Positions 9,042-19,459 of a stretch of 64,000 nucleotides of DNA are shown here, one piece after another. The stretch lies in the NCBI GenBank assembly GCA_965277805.1, contig OZ255842.1, forward strand, positions 4,416,001 to 4,480,000. The letters are read 5' to 3'. The notes beneath the pieces are model-generated. The model was not told the DNA's origin. It was given only the letters and a program-made list of their open reading frames with translations, and did not search any database. Positions within the stretch are counted from its first letter, which is position 1. Each line of letters begins with the position of its first letter. The DNA comes from Candidatus Lustribacter sp. (GTDB lineage: Bacteria > Vulcanimicrobiota > Vulcanimicrobiia > Vulcanimicrobiales > Vulcanimicrobiaceae). Made by a program: the position numbers and the translations under genes.

Positions 9042-9989
9042 ATGAGAATGACTCAAGTGGCCGCGGCCCTCGCCGTGCTGTTCCTCGCGTCGCTCGGGGG
9101 CGCATCGGCGCAGACCGATGTCACAACGATTCGCTTCATCTCATCGCCCTCGGACGATCTGCGGCCGGTCCTCTACGCGCAGAGCGCGGGTCTTTTCAAA
9201 AAGGCCGGCCTCGATGTCGAGATTACCCGCGCGGCGAGCGGCGCCGTCGTGGCGCAGTCGGTCATCGCCGGCGCTATGGACGTCGGCAAGTCGAGCCTGG
9301 TGTCACTCATCTCCGCCTACGCGCGCGGCATTCCGTTCGCGATGATCGCGCCGTCGGCAATCCATCAAAAGGACGACGCAAACGACGGCGTGATGATCTT
9401 GGCCAATTCGCCGCTGAAATCGGCCCTGGATCTGCAAGGCAAAGTCGTCGGCTGCACCGCGATCGGCGACATCGGATACCTCGGATTGCGCGCCATGATC
9501 GACGACCAAGGCGGTGATTCGTCGACGGTGCGCTTCATCGAGCTTCCCACGACGAACCTCGGGGCCACGCTCGAACAAGGGCGCGTCGACGCGGGCGTAA
9601 CGAACGAGCCGTACATGTCGAAGGATCTGGGAACGGGCAAATTCCGGATGCTGACCGACATGCTCAACGGCTACGGACCGAAACCGATTCTCGAGTCCGC
9701 ATTCTTCGCCACGCGCGACTACGTCGCCAAGAACCGCGATGCGATGGCGCGTTTCGCAAAAGTGATGGCGCAAGCGTCGGCCTACGCGAACACGCACATT
9801 CCCGAAACGCTGCCGCTGATGGTCGCGTTCTCCGGTATGGACGCGCACGCGGCCGCCATCATGCACAAAACGTTTACCGCGCTCTCCTTCGACCCGTCAC
9901 AAATTCAGCCCGTAATCGACGTCGCGGCAAAATACAAGATCATTCCCAAAACGTTCTCCGCGCGAGACATGCTCTCGACCGGATCGTAA
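9042..9989 (+). CDS. NitT/TauT-type ABC substrate-binding protein
   Basis: Sec signal, GLFKKAGLDV, DLQGKVVG, IQPVIDVAAKYK; TACCTT 7 nt upstream of the ATG. Confidence 0.9.
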   Translation: MRMTQVAAALAVLFLASLGGASAQTDVTTIRFISSPSDDLRPVLYAQSAGLFKKAGLDVEITRAASGAVVAQSVIAGAMDVGKSSLVSLISAYARGIPFAMIAPSAIHQKDDANDGVMILANSPLKSALDLQGKVVGCTAIGDIGYLGLRAMIDDQGGDSSTVRFIELPTTNLGATLEQGRVDAGVTNEPYMSKDLGTGKFRMLTDMLNGYGPKPILESAFFATRDYVAKNRDAMARFAKVMAQASAYANTHIPETLPLMVAFSGMDAHAAAIMHKTFTALSFDPSQIQPVIDVAAKYKIIPKTFSARDMLSTGS

Positions 9990-10002
9990 CGGCGGCGACT
10001 CC

Positions 10003-10596
10003 CTAGAGGCGATCGGGCAGATGTGTGTACATCGCGATCGCGTCGTCGTTGGACATCAGCGTGTCGACGATGTACGGATGCGGCTCGGCGTAGAGCGTCG
10101 GGTAGTCGACTTCATCGAATTCCGGCCGAACCGGAAACGCCAGCTGCTCGCGGTCTAGCGAGAATTGAGCATCGACGCCGGGCTTGTTTCCGCGGGCGTC
10201 GATGCGGTGCCATGCGCCTTCGAGATAGACGGCATTCAGGGCATGCAACGCGTGGCCGCCGTGATCGTCGTCGAACAACGTCAGCCGTTGATAGCAGAGC
10301 GCCGCCGGTATGCCGCGGTTTCGCAGCAACGCCGCGACGAGGTGGCTTTTGGGATAGCAAATGCCTTCCTTGAACGTGAGCGCATCGGTCGCGCTACGGG
10401 TGACCCGGTGACCTTGGATATCCCATGAGTGGGAGACCTCGTCCCGGACATAGAGAAACACGCGCCGCGCGGCCTCGATGTCATCGCACCCCGTGAGGCG
10501 GTCTTGAACGAATGCCGCAATTTCGGGCGCATCGGAGTCTACCAGAGTAGCGGGCGCCAGATACGCCGCGGAGCCGGCCTTGGGCATAATGTCCAC
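10003..10596 (-). CDS. Transglutaminase-like protein
   Basis: GICYPKSHL (Cys), LHALNAVY (His), WHRIDARGNK (Asp). Confidence 0.9.
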   Translation of the reverse strand: MDIMPKAGSAAYLAPATLVDSDAPEIAAFVQDRLTGCDDIEAARRVFLYVRDEVSHSWDIQGHRVTRSATDALTFKEGICYPKSHLVAALLRNRGIPAALCYQRLTLFDDDHGGHALHALNAVYLEGAWHRIDARGNKPGVDAQFSLDREQLAFPVRPEFDEVDYPTLYAEPHPYIVDTLMSNDDAIAMYTHLPDRL

Positions 10597-10664
10597 GTCG
10601 GTAGAGTCCTCGCGTTAGTCCGGTCGCCGGTGCGGGTACGGGTTAATCCCTGGAGGCGGATCGG

Positions 10665-10874
10665 ATGAAAACATTGTCGTGCAAAGATCTGGGCGGAACG
10701 TGTGACGCGAAGCTCTCGGCTGCGTCTTGGGACGAGATGGTACAGACGATGACCAAACACGTGATGGAAAAACACCCGGACGTTGCCAAACAAATGGAAA
10801 AAATGCACAACGACGATCCCACGAAGTGGAGCCGTGAAACGAAGCCCAAATGGGACTCGGCTCCTCAACAGTAA
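10665..10874 (+). CDS. DUF1059-like small metal-binding protein
   Basis: MKTLSCKDLGGTCD, H...H motif; GGAGG RBS. Confidence 0.8.
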   Translation: MKTLSCKDLGGTCDAKLSAASWDEMVQTMTKHVMEKHPDVAKQMEKMHNDDPTKWSRETKPKWDSAPQQ

Positions 10875-10883
10875 CCGTACGAC

Positions 10884-11729
10884 TTACTTCGTGCGACCTG
10901 CGATCGCGGCTTCGCCTTCCCAGGCGATCGGCGCGCCGCTTTTTTCTGCGGCGTCGGCCGGACTGATCGACGCATCCCAAAATTTCGCGATGAAGCGCCG
11001 TCCGTTAACGCCGTCCGAATCCGGTGAAGCGAGCCAGGCCACAACCGGAGCCATGATCTCGGGCTGAAGGATCTTCGGGCCGCGGAATGCCTCGGGCAGA
11101 AACGGCGTGTTGGTCATTCCACCCGGCACGACGACGTTGACGGTTACGCCGCTTCCATCGAGTTCTTTGGCCCATACGGCGCTGCCGGCTTCGAGCGCAG
11201 CTTTCGAAGCACCGTACGCGCTCATGCCGCGCGCGAGCATCGTATCGAAGCTCGTGGTGACATTGATAATCCGTCCCCAACCGCTCGCTATCATGTATTC
11301 GACGGCGAAGCGCGTCATGTAGTACGGGCCGGCGCTGTTGATTGCCTGAATTCGAGCCCAGCCGGCAGGATCGGTTTCCCAAAACTTCACCGGGTGTTCT
11401 TTGCCGGGCGGAACCGCCGGGTCCATCGATACACCGGCGCAGTTGACGAGGATCGCGAGGCTCCCAAAAGCGGCGATCGTACCTTCGATCGCGCGCCGGC
11501 AGTCGTCGGCATTGGAAATGTCGGTCGGTAGTGCAAGAAACGTTGCGTCGTTTGCGCCGATTTCGCGTTTCAGGCGATCCAGACGCGCCGTGTCGACGTC
11601 AACGGCCGCGAGCCTGACCCCGCGTCGCGCGAGCTCGAGGGCGATGACGCGCCCCATGCCGCTGCCGGCCCCCGTTACCACGGCGGCGCGGCCCGTCAAT
11701 CCATTAGCCGGCGTAGAATCGTTGCGCAT
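10884..11729 (-). CDS. Short-chain dehydrogenase/reductase
   Basis: TGAGSGMG, VNCAG, YGASK; AGGAGG RBS. Confidence 0.92.
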   Translation of the reverse strand: MRNDSTPANGLTGRAAVVTGAGSGMGRVIALELARRGVRLAAVDVDTARLDRLKREIGANDATFLALPTDISNADDCRRAIEGTIAAFGSLAILVNCAGVSMDPAVPPGKEHPVKFWETDPAGWARIQAINSAGPYYMTRFAVEYMIASGWGRIINVTTSFDTMLARGMSAYGASKAALEAGSAVWAKELDGSGVTVNVVVPGGMTNTPFLPEAFRGPKILQPEIMAPVVAWLASPDSDGVNGRRFIAKFWDASISPADAAEKSGAPIAWEGEAAIAGRTK

Positions 11730-11813
11730 GCGATTGCCCTCCTACAGGTCGGTATCTGGCCTCGTTGGAAGTGGATTCCTTTAACCGGCTCTCAGCGTGA
11801 AACGAGGTGCCCT

Positions 11814-12746
11814 ATGAGCGCTTTCTCTCGTCGTTCGTTTGTTGCAGGTCTCGGCGGCGCGGCGCTTCTAGCGAGTACGTCGCAGCAGGCAGGCGCTGCT
11901 ATGGCGATCCACGCCGGCGTCACCAGCGATGACGGCTACGAAGCGTGGTTCGCGCAAGATATCGGACTGTTCGGGAAAGCGGGCCTCGACGTCAACGCGC
12001 AGCTCTTTCCGAACGGCTCTGCAGCCGCTGCGGCGCTGATCGGCCGTTCGCTCGATTTTGCGTGCGGCAATGTCGTGACGGTGGCACAAGCGCGCGACCA
12101 CGGAGTTCCGGTAGCGCTCGTCGCACCATCAATCGTGTCCGTCGCAACCGCTGCAAACACCGGATTGACGGTCGCGCTGGACAGCCCGATCCGCACCGCC
12201 AAAGATCTTGAAGGCAAGACCGTGGGCGTGCTGAGCATCCAAGGCATTCTCGCGATGAGCATTCAGCTCTGGCTCGATAAAAGTGGAGCCGATTCGAAGC
12301 GCGTCCAACTCGTTGAGATAACACCGCCTCAGATGCTCGCGGCGTTACAGCGCGGCACCGTTGCGGCAACGTTGATGGTCGATCCGTTTCTGACCGTTTG
12401 GGCGAATCAATGTCGTCTGTTGTCCAACCCGGTGGAAGCGATCGGTCCAAAAATCATCTCGACGGGCTGGTTTGCGACGACCGACTGGATTTCACAAAAC
12501 CAAGCCGCCGCCAAAGCCTACGCCGACGTCATGGCCGCGACCGCGCGCTGGGCGAACGACGTGAGCAATCGCACGCAAGCGACGGCGATCGTCACGAAGT
12601 ATCTCGGCCGCTCCGTCGATCTCGGCAAAACGTTCTACGCCCCGACGTTCGACTACGCGCCGTGGCAACCGGTGCTCGACGCCGCGTATAAGTACAAGTA
12701 CGTCAGCAAACCAATGACCGTGGCCGAACTCGTCTGGAAGCACTAA
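11814..12746 (+). CDS. NitT/TauT-type substrate-binding protein with Tat-like signal
   Basis: SRRSFV, GLFGKAGLDV, SPIRTAKDLEGK. Confidence 0.9.
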   Translation: MSAFSRRSFVAGLGGAALLASTSQQAGAAMAIHAGVTSDDGYEAWFAQDIGLFGKAGLDVNAQLFPNGSAAAAALIGRSLDFACGNVVTVAQARDHGVPVALVAPSIVSVATAANTGLTVALDSPIRTAKDLEGKTVGVLSIQGILAMSIQLWLDKSGADSKRVQLVEITPPQMLAALQRGTVAATLMVDPFLTVWANQCRLLSNPVEAIGPKIISTGWFATTDWISQNQAAAKAYADVMAATARWANDVSNRTQATAIVTKYLGRSVDLGKTFYAPTFDYAPWQPVLDAAYKYKYVSKPMTVAELVWKH

Positions 12747-12778
12747 CCGGTACCATCGGGTTCGCTCGATGCTGCGGT

Positions 12779-13279
12779 TTACGGGCTCGTCATTTCCCGC
12801 AAGTTCGCGAGCAGCGTGTCCGTTGCGCGAAAGAAAGCGCGCTCGTTTTCGCGGCCCACGCCCGCGAACACGCGCTCCTGTAGTTCGGCCATCTCTGCGT
12901 TCATTGCAGCGTACGTTCGCCGTCCCTTGGCGGTGACGAGCACCTCGACGCTGCGGCCGTCGTCAACACGGTCCCGATGGTCAGTCAAGCCGAGCTCACG
13001 CAGCTGGCGCACCGCGCGCGAAATCGCTGCCTTGTCGAGCGTGACGTGCTTGCCGATCTCGACCGGCGCCATCGGGCCGAAAGCCGCCAACACGCTCAGC
13101 ACTTTCCACTGACCGTTCGTTAAGCCGCGCGAGGTGTAGATCTCGTACGTTGCCTTGCCCATGAAGAACGAAAGCACGGACAGCTTATATGACAGATTGC
13201 GTTCGAGGGAAATTTCCGGTGCTTGGACGGCCACGGCGTAATCTTGGGACAAGGATCGGCCGCGTCCTACCTGCGCCAT
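12779..13279 (-). CDS. MarR family transcriptional regulator
   Basis: QWKVLSVL, LDKAAISRAVRQL, DDGRSVEVLVTAKGR. Confidence 0.9.
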   Translation of the reverse strand: MAQVGRGRSLSQDYAVAVQAPEISLERNLSYKLSVLSFFMGKATYEIYTSRGLTNGQWKVLSVLAAFGPMAPVEIGKHVTLDKAAISRAVRQLRELGLTDHRDRVDDGRSVEVLVTAKGRRTYAAMNAEMAELQERVFAGVGRENERAFFRATDTLLANLREMTSP

Positions 13280-13280
13280 A

Positions 13281-14249
13281 CTATGGGTTGGTAATCACAT
13301 CGTGCGCCTGGACCGGTTGCGCCAGCAAGCCGTACTTGAATGCAAGATCGAGTTCCGGCTGCACGAGTGCCGGCGAGATTTCGGTGCCATAGATGACGCG
13401 TTTCGATCCCTTGATCTGATCGACCGAGCGCGCGATATGCGCCGCCAGAATCCCCGCTGAGTCGTCGTGATGGGCGTTGGCCCACAGCGCCGTCTGTTTC
13501 ATAACCTCAACGAACGCTTTGGCTTGCTGCCGGTGTGCCGCGACCCACGTCGTCGTCGAGTACCATACCGCACCCTCCAACCGCGGGGCGACGGTGAAGA
13601 ACACAGCCGACAGTACGTGCAGCGGATCGCCCGGCTTTCCGAGCGTCGGATCGGCGGTGTTGTCGAGCACTGCGGCATCGACGCGGCCGGCCTGTAGTGC
13701 CGCCGGCATTTCGCTGTACGGCAACTCGACGAAGTGCACGGTCTTCGCGTCGCCGCCGTTCTTGTCGATCCAGTTGCGTGTTGCGAGCTCGGTGAAGTTT
13801 CGCAGCGAGAGGAGCGCGATGGTCTTTCCGTTGATGTCCCTTGCGGTCTTCAGGCCCGACGCGTTGGTGACCGCCAAGATGCCGGTGCCGGGATCGCTCT
13901 GGTCCTCGATGGTGGCCGTAGCGATGATCGTTATCGGAATGCCGCGGCTATGCGCTACCGTCGCGTCGATCGCGTTGCCCCAGCCGATGTCGAGATCTCC
14001 GGAAGCAACCGCCGCCATGATCGTCGGTCCGCCCGAGATCGGCGAGATCGTCGCTTGCAGGCCGGCATTGCGGAAATACCCCAAGTCCGAGGCGTAAAAG
14101 ACTTGGGCTCCTAGGTCGCTGGAAGCCGTGCCGATGCGAATCGGACTCAGCGAGGATTGCGCGTTTGCGGCACTGCCCGATGTTAGTGGTACGATGAGAA
14201 CGAGCACGGCGCATAGGCGCCGGAGACCTTGGCCGATCGTGATATCCAT
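13281..14249 (-). CDS. NitT/TauT-type substrate-binding protein
   Basis: Signal peptide, GYFRNAGL, KTARDINGK, WIDKNGGD, ALQAGRVDAA. Confidence 0.9.
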   Translation of the reverse strand: MDITIGQGLRRLCAVLVLIVPLTSGSAANAQSSLSPIRIGTASSDLGAQVFYASDLGYFRNAGLQATISPISGGPTIMAAVASGDLDIGWGNAIDATVAHSRGIPITIIATATIEDQSDPGTGILAVTNASGLKTARDINGKTIALLSLRNFTELATRNWIDKNGGDAKTVHFVELPYSEMPAALQAGRVDAAVLDNTADPTLGKPGDPLHVLSAVFFTVAPRLEGAVWYSTTTWVAAHRQQAKAFVEVMKQTALWANAHHDDSAGILAAHIARSVDQIKGSKRVIYGTEISPALVQPELDLAFKYGLLAQPVQAHDVITNP

Positions 14250-14269
14250 GCTCCATAGGATAAGCTGAA

Positions 14270-14288
14270 TAGTTGTCAAAAGCAACTA
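14270..14288. promoter_or_regulatory. Inverted-repeat operator, probably bound by the MarR regulator
   Basis: TAGTTG-N7-CAACTA perfect inverted repeat in the AT-rich spacer between divergent operons. Confidence 0.6.
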
Positions 14289-14318
14289 CACCAGGACACA
14301 CCACCGCGAGGGTTTCCG

Positions 14319-15815
14319 TTGACGAACGTACTGCATGAAACGGCGTCCGCGTCCGGCCAGGACGGTCTTGCCTACGACGGGCTGCGTTCGTTTCTCCGGA
14401 AGTGCGAAGCCGCGGGCGAGATCACGACAATCCGCAACGCGAACTGGGATCTCGAAATCGGCGCGCTCACGGAAAGCGTTTCGGAGCTGATTCCGGAGCC
14501 GCCGGGATTACTTTTCGACGATATTCCGGGCTATCCGAGCGGCTATCGCGTGTTGAGCCTGCCGACGGGCTCGCGCGTGCGCATGGCGCTCTCACTCGGC
14601 TTTCCGCCCGAAACTCCCAAGATGGAGATGGTGCGCTTCGCCGCTAATCGCATGAAGACGAGCGCGCCGATTCCGCCGCGCGTCGTCGAGAGCGGTCCGG
14701 TGATGGAAAACGTTTTCACCGGCTCTCAAATCGACATTTTGAAGTTCCCGGTACTGCACGCGCATGCGCTCGACGGGGGCCGCTATATCGGAACCGGCGA
14801 CGCGGTGATCAACCGAGATCCGGAAAGCGGCTTCGTCAATATGGGCACGTACCGGATTCAAGTGCACGGGCCCGACCTGCTCGGCCTGTGGATGAGCCCC
14901 GGACAGCAAGGCCGCTTGATCGCCGAACGCTATTGGAAAGCCGGCAAAGCGTGCCCGGTAGTCGTGACGTTCGGCGGCGATCCACTCGTCTTCACCTTCG
15001 CCTACACGAAGTTTGCGTTCGGCGTCTCGGAACTCGATCGCGTGGGCGGCATGCTCGGGCACCCGCTCGACGTCATCACCGGACCGGTCACCGGGTTGCC
15101 GATTCCGGCACACGCCGAGATCGCGATCGAAGGCGAAATTCCCCCGCCGAGCGAGCAAACCCATACCGAAGGACCGTTCGGCGAATGGCCGGGCTACTAT
15201 GCGGTCGACGAAGATAGCACCGGAAACGAACAACCGGTAATCCGTATCAAAGCGCTCTACCACCGCAACGATCCGATTCTGCTCAATATGGCGCCGCAAT
15301 GGCCGGGCGCCCCGCACCATTCCGTGCGCTTCGACGGCGGGGTGTTGTGGGAACAACTTGAGGCCGCCGGCGTTCCGGGCATCAAGGGCGTGTTCGTCCA
15401 CAACTCGTTCTTCGTCGTCGTCGCGATCGAACAGCGCTACGCCGGTCACGCGATGCAGGTCGCAATGGCCACGCTGGGCTGCAACGCGAACGCACGCAAC
15501 GGCCGCTTCGTTGTGATTGTCGATGACGACATCGACCCCTCGAACATGTCCGAGGTCATCTGGGCGATGACGACGCGAGTCGATCCCGCCGGCGACATCC
15601 ACGTCGTGCCGAATGCGTGGGCGACGCCGCTCGATCCGCGCATGCCACCCCAACAGCAGGCGAACGGTCCGCATACGAATTCGCGCGCGATCTTCTACGC
15701 GGTGCGTCCGTGGCAGTGGCGTGACAAGTTTCCGCCGGTCAACCGCATCCCCCGTTCGACACGCGACGAGATGGTAGCGAAATACCGCGATCGCCTGCCC
15801 TTCCCGAAAATGTAG
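14319..15815 (+). CDS. UbiD family prFMN-dependent (de)carboxylase
   Basis: DGGRYIGT, NMGTYR, EGPFGEWPGYY, VIVDDDID, WAMTTRVDP. Confidence 0.93.
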   Translation: MTNVLHETASASGQDGLAYDGLRSFLRKCEAAGEITTIRNANWDLEIGALTESVSELIPEPPGLLFDDIPGYPSGYRVLSLPTGSRVRMALSLGFPPETPKMEMVRFAANRMKTSAPIPPRVVESGPVMENVFTGSQIDILKFPVLHAHALDGGRYIGTGDAVINRDPESGFVNMGTYRIQVHGPDLLGLWMSPGQQGRLIAERYWKAGKACPVVVTFGGDPLVFTFAYTKFAFGVSELDRVGGMLGHPLDVITGPVTGLPIPAHAEIAIEGEIPPPSEQTHTEGPFGEWPGYYAVDEDSTGNEQPVIRIKALYHRNDPILLNMAPQWPGAPHHSVRFDGGVLWEQLEAAGVPGIKGVFVHNSFFVVVAIEQRYAGHAMQVAMATLGCNANARNGRFVVIVDDDIDPSNMSEVIWAMTTRVDPAGDIHVVPNAWATPLDPRMPPQQQANGPHTNSRAIFYAVRPWQWRDKFPPVNRIPRSTRDEMVAKYRDRLPFPKM

Positions 15816-15827
15816 CATCGGTCGCCG

Positions 15828-16676
15828 ATGAAACGCACCGACGGCGGGCTGATTTCTACGACGTTCCGCACCATCGGAGACGTCGCCGTCATTCGGCCGC
15901 GGTCGCTTGACGACGCGGTTACCGCGCTGATGCGCCACCAGGTGCCGCCGGCAATCTTGGCCGGAGGCACCGACATGGTCGCGCGCTTTAACGAGGGTTT
16001 CAATCCGCGTCACGTGCTGGCGCTCGCGGACGTCGGCGAGCTGAACGCGGTCGAGGACGACGGCGACGTCTTGCGCATCGGTGCCCTGGTCACGCATGCG
16101 CAGGGATCGGAGAGCGAGATCGTTTGCCGGGCCGTGCCGGGCTTCGCGCAAGCTTGGGCGCGCATTGCGAACGTGCGCGTGCGCTTCACTGCAACGATCG
16201 GCGGGAACGTGATGGCGCGGCGCACGCGCTACGAAATGCCGGTGTTACTGGCGGCGCTCGGCGCGCAGATCCGCGTGCGTGACGGCAGCGAGTCGCGGGC
16301 GTGGGACGTGCAGCCATATCTGCAGCGTGAGAGCGCACCGCGCGAGCTGCTGACGCACGTCGAGATCCCGCTGCCCGGCTTGTGCGCATTCGACTACGAG
16401 CGCAGCATGCGGCCGATCATGACGCAAGCGCTGGCCGTGCGGCGCAGCGGTCAGCGGCTGCAACTGCGCGTCGCTCTGGGCACGGAAGCGATGGCGCCGT
16501 ACGTGCTCGAGGCAGCGTGTGATCTCACGGACGATATGAACGCTATAGCGGCGCGTTTGTTTGAGGGGTTGCCTTCGAGCGCCTGCGATCACCTGACGTC
16601 GAACGCCTACCTGCGAGACGTCGGGCGAACCCTGCTCGGCCGCCAATTGACGAGGATCGTACGTGGCGGTCTCTGA
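15828..16676 (+). CDS. Molybdenum hydroxylase FAD-binding subunit (CoxM/XdhB-like)
   Basis: ILAGGTD, LRIGALVT, ATIGGN. Confidence 0.88.
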   Translation: MKRTDGGLISTTFRTIGDVAVIRPRSLDDAVTALMRHQVPPAILAGGTDMVARFNEGFNPRHVLALADVGELNAVEDDGDVLRIGALVTHAQGSESEIVCRAVPGFAQAWARIANVRVRFTATIGGNVMARRTRYEMPVLLAALGAQIRVRDGSESRAWDVQPYLQRESAPRELLTHVEIPLPGLCAFDYERSMRPIMTQALAVRRSGQRLQLRVALGTEAMAPYVLEAACDLTDDMNAIAARLFEGLPSSACDHLTSNAYLRDVGRTLLGRQLTRIVRGGL

Positions 16677-17172
16677 TCTGATCGGCCGCGATCTCGAGGG
16701 CGACGAAATGCCCGCGCTGCGCTTTGTGCTCAACGGAATCGAACGCACGGAAACGGTGCCGGCGCGGATGTCGCTCTGGGAGCTGTTGCACGACCAACTG
16801 GGCTTATCCGGAACGAAACTGGCGTGCTCACGCGGCGTCTGCGGCAGTTGTTCCGTGCTGATCGACGGCGTACCGCAAGCGAGCTGTTCGACGTTCGCGT
16901 TCAGCATCGATGGCCGCCGGGTGGATACGATCGAGGGAATCGCTGCGGCCGCGCACCCGTTGTGCGAGGCGTTCGCTGCGCGCAGCGCATTCCAATGCGG
17001 CTACTGCACCTCGGGCATGATCGTCATGGCGAAAGCGCTGCTCGATCACGATCCGCATCCGCCGCGCCAGACCGTGGTCGAATGGCTCAGCTCAAACGTC
17101 TGCCGCTGCACCGGCTACGCGATGATCATCGAAGCGGTGCTGGCGGCCGCGGAGCCGCGCGCCGATGCCTAG
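16663..17172 (+). CDS. Molybdenum hydroxylase 2x[2Fe-2S] subunit (CoxS-like; alternative start 16708)
   Basis: CSRGVCGSC..SC, FQCGYC, NVCRCTGY. Confidence 0.93.
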   Translation: MAVSDLIGRDLEGDEMPALRFVLNGIERTETVPARMSLWELLHDQLGLSGTKLACSRGVCGSCSVLIDGVPQASCSTFAFSIDGRRVDTIEGIAAAAHPLCEAFAARSAFQCGYCTSGMIVMAKALLDHDPHPPRQTVVEWLSSNVCRCTGYAMIIEAVLAAAEPRADA

Positions 17173-19459
17173 CGCGTTCGACGAGAGCGTCCGGCGGCGC
17201 GACGCCGAGGCGAAGACGAGCGGCGGCGCAACGTACGGCGCCGACCTGGCCGTGGCGGGTATGTTGCACGCGAAGGTGCTGCGCAGCCCGCACCCGCACG
17301 CGGCGATCGTGTCCATCGACACCGCCGAAGCCGCGCTCGTGCCCGGCGTGCGCGCGGTCCTCACCGCTGCCGACATACCGCCGGACATCACGCCGTACTA
17401 CGGTTACATCATCAAGGATCAGCCGATTGTTGCGATCGACACCGTGCGCTTTGCCGGCGACATCGTGGCGGCGGTTGCCGCCGACACCGAAGCCGCTGCG
17501 GCTGCAGCGCTCGAGCGCATTCGCGTCACCTATCGCGTGCTGCCCGCCGTGACGACGATCGATGCTGCGCTGGCCGAGGGCGCGCCGGAGCTCTTCCCGC
17601 AGGCGCTGCCGGGCGCCGTTCCGCGCTACGGGGCCGGTGCGCGCGGTGCGCTGCGGCCGCGGTCGAACGTCTCGTACGAGTTCGGCTATCGAACCGGCGA
17701 TCCGGCGGCCTTCGATCGCTGCGATCATGTCTTCGAGGATGAGTTCCGCTTCTCGCGGATGCAGCATTTCCACCTCGAACCCTACGTCGGCATCGCATCG
17801 GCGACGCGCGGGCAGATCGAGGTCTGGACGAGCACCCAGAACCCGTTTCCGCTGCGCCGCGAACTCGCGCGCATGTTTCGCCTGCCGGAGAGCCGGGTGC
17901 GGGTCAACGTGCCGCTGGTCGGCGGCAGTTTCGGCGCCAAGAGCAACTGCAAGACCGAACCGGTCGCGATCGTGCTCGCGCAGATGACGGGACGACCGGT
18001 GCGCTGGTGCATGACGTTCGAAGAGAGCTTCTTCACGAATTCGCAACACGCCGCGCTGCTGCGGTTGCGAACGGGTGTGATGCGCGATGGCCGGCTCGTC
18101 GCGCGTCAAAGCGAAATCTTTCTCGACGCCGGCGCCTATTCAGGTGCGAGCCCGTTAGTTGCAGAAAAGTGCGGTTACCGCATTCCCGGCCCGTATCGCT
18201 ACGAATTCATCGACACCACGTGCTCGTGCGTCATGACGAACACTACGCCCGCCGGCGCGTTCCGGGGCTTCGGCGGCGGTCAGGCGACGTGGGCGAGTGA
18301 AAGCCAGATCGACATGATCGCGCGACGACTGGGGATCACGCCGTACGCGATGCGCGCGATGAACTTGCTGCACCTCGGCGATCCGTTCGTCCCCGGCGAA
18401 ACAGCCATCGATAGCGATTTGCACGTCGGGCTCGATTTAGTGATCGAGGAACTCGGCACGATCGAGCGCACGCCCAACCGCGGTGTCGGTTTTGCCATCG
18501 GTCTCAAGGACGGCGGGGGCATCAACAAGGCCGCGCAAGCACGCGTGAAGATCACGACGGGCGGCGAGGTCATAATCGATTGCGCCACCGTCGAGGCCGG
18601 CCAAGGCGCGCGTTCCTCGCTTTGCCAGATTGCAGCTGAAGTGCTGCAGACGCCGGTCGATCGCGTGACGATTTCACCGATCGATACCGATCACTCGCCC
18701 TACGATCACGGGACGAACGCGAGCTCGGCGACGGTCGTGATGGGCCGCGCGGTGCTCGCTGCGGCGGAACGCGTGCGCGACGACGCGTTGCGGTTTGCGG
18801 CTACCGCCCTGGGCTGCGATGCGGGCGAACTGCGGCTCGAGAACTGGCACGCTGTGCGCGAAGGCGAACGTCATTCGATCGCCGAGCTCGTGGTGCACGA
18901 GTTCGGCAATATCGGCTTCCAATTCGCCGCCGACGGTTTTCAGAAGGCCGCGCTAGACAAACGTGCCCCGCTCGATTCGCCTTGCGTGTTCTGGGAGATC
19001 GGTTGGGCCGCCGTCGTTGTCGCGGTCGATCCGGGCACCGGCAAAGTGACGCTCGAGAAGCTGGTCGTTAGCGGCGATGCCGGTAAGGCGATCAACCCGC
19101 TGGTGTGCCGCGGCCAAGATGAGGGGGCGGCGATGATGGGCGTCGCGCAAGCGCTCTTCGAGCAGATGATTTTCAACGACGGTATTTTGATGAACGGCGA
19201 TCCGCTCGTTTATCGCGTGCCGCTAGCAGAGGACGTGCCGCCCACGTTCGTTTCCATTCTGCAGGAGCAAGGCCGCGGTCCCGGACCGTTCGGCGCAAAA
19301 GGGTTTGCCGAAGGCGGGCTTTTGCCGATCGCCGCTGCCGTCGCCAACGCCGTCGAGGATGCCGTCGGCGTGCGCATTACCGAGCTCCCGATTTCCCCGC
19401 AGCGCGTGCATCGCGCGCTCTTTCTACAAAAACCGACAACCGCTGGAGTAACCGCGTGA
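17165..19459 (+). CDS. Molybdenum hydroxylase Mo-binding subunit (xanthine dehydrogenase family)
   Basis: LRSPHPHA, GGSFGAK, AFRGFG, GAKGFAE. Confidence 0.93.
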   Translation: MPSAFDESVRRRDAEAKTSGGATYGADLAVAGMLHAKVLRSPHPHAAIVSIDTAEAALVPGVRAVLTAADIPPDITPYYGYIIKDQPIVAIDTVRFAGDIVAAVAADTEAAAAAALERIRVTYRVLPAVTTIDAALAEGAPELFPQALPGAVPRYGAGARGALRPRSNVSYEFGYRTGDPAAFDRCDHVFEDEFRFSRMQHFHLEPYVGIASATRGQIEVWTSTQNPFPLRRELARMFRLPESRVRVNVPLVGGSFGAKSNCKTEPVAIVLAQMTGRPVRWCMTFEESFFTNSQHAALLRLRTGVMRDGRLVARQSEIFLDAGAYSGASPLVAEKCGYRIPGPYRYEFIDTTCSCVMTNTTPAGAFRGFGGGQATWASESQIDMIARRLGITPYAMRAMNLLHLGDPFVPGETAIDSDLHVGLDLVIEELGTIERTPNRGVGFAIGLKDGGGINKAAQARVKITTGGEVIIDCATVEAGQGARSSLCQIAAEVLQTPVDRVTISPIDTDHSPYDHGTNASSATVVMGRAVLAAAERVRDDALRFAATALGCDAGELRLENWHAVREGERHSIAELVVHEFGNIGFQFAADGFQKAALDKRAPLDSPCVFWEIGWAAVVVAVDPGTGKVTLEKLVVSGDAGKAINPLVCRGQDEGAAMMGVAQALFEQMIFNDGILMNGDPLVYRVPLAEDVPPTFVSILQEQGRGPGPFGAKGFAEGGLLPIAAAVANAVEDAVGVRITELPISPQRVHRALFLQKPTTAGVTA

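Noticed and set aside
14592-16151. 519-aa antisense ORF, and similar ones such as 35020..36564 and 40811..42025
   Set aside because: Typical high-GC shadow ORFs opposite well-supported genes, with no motifs
15828-19459. Aerobic CO dehydrogenase (coxMSL gene order)
   Set aside because: The large subunit has AFRGFG, not the AYxCSFR or AYRGAGR loop, and there are no cox accessory genes
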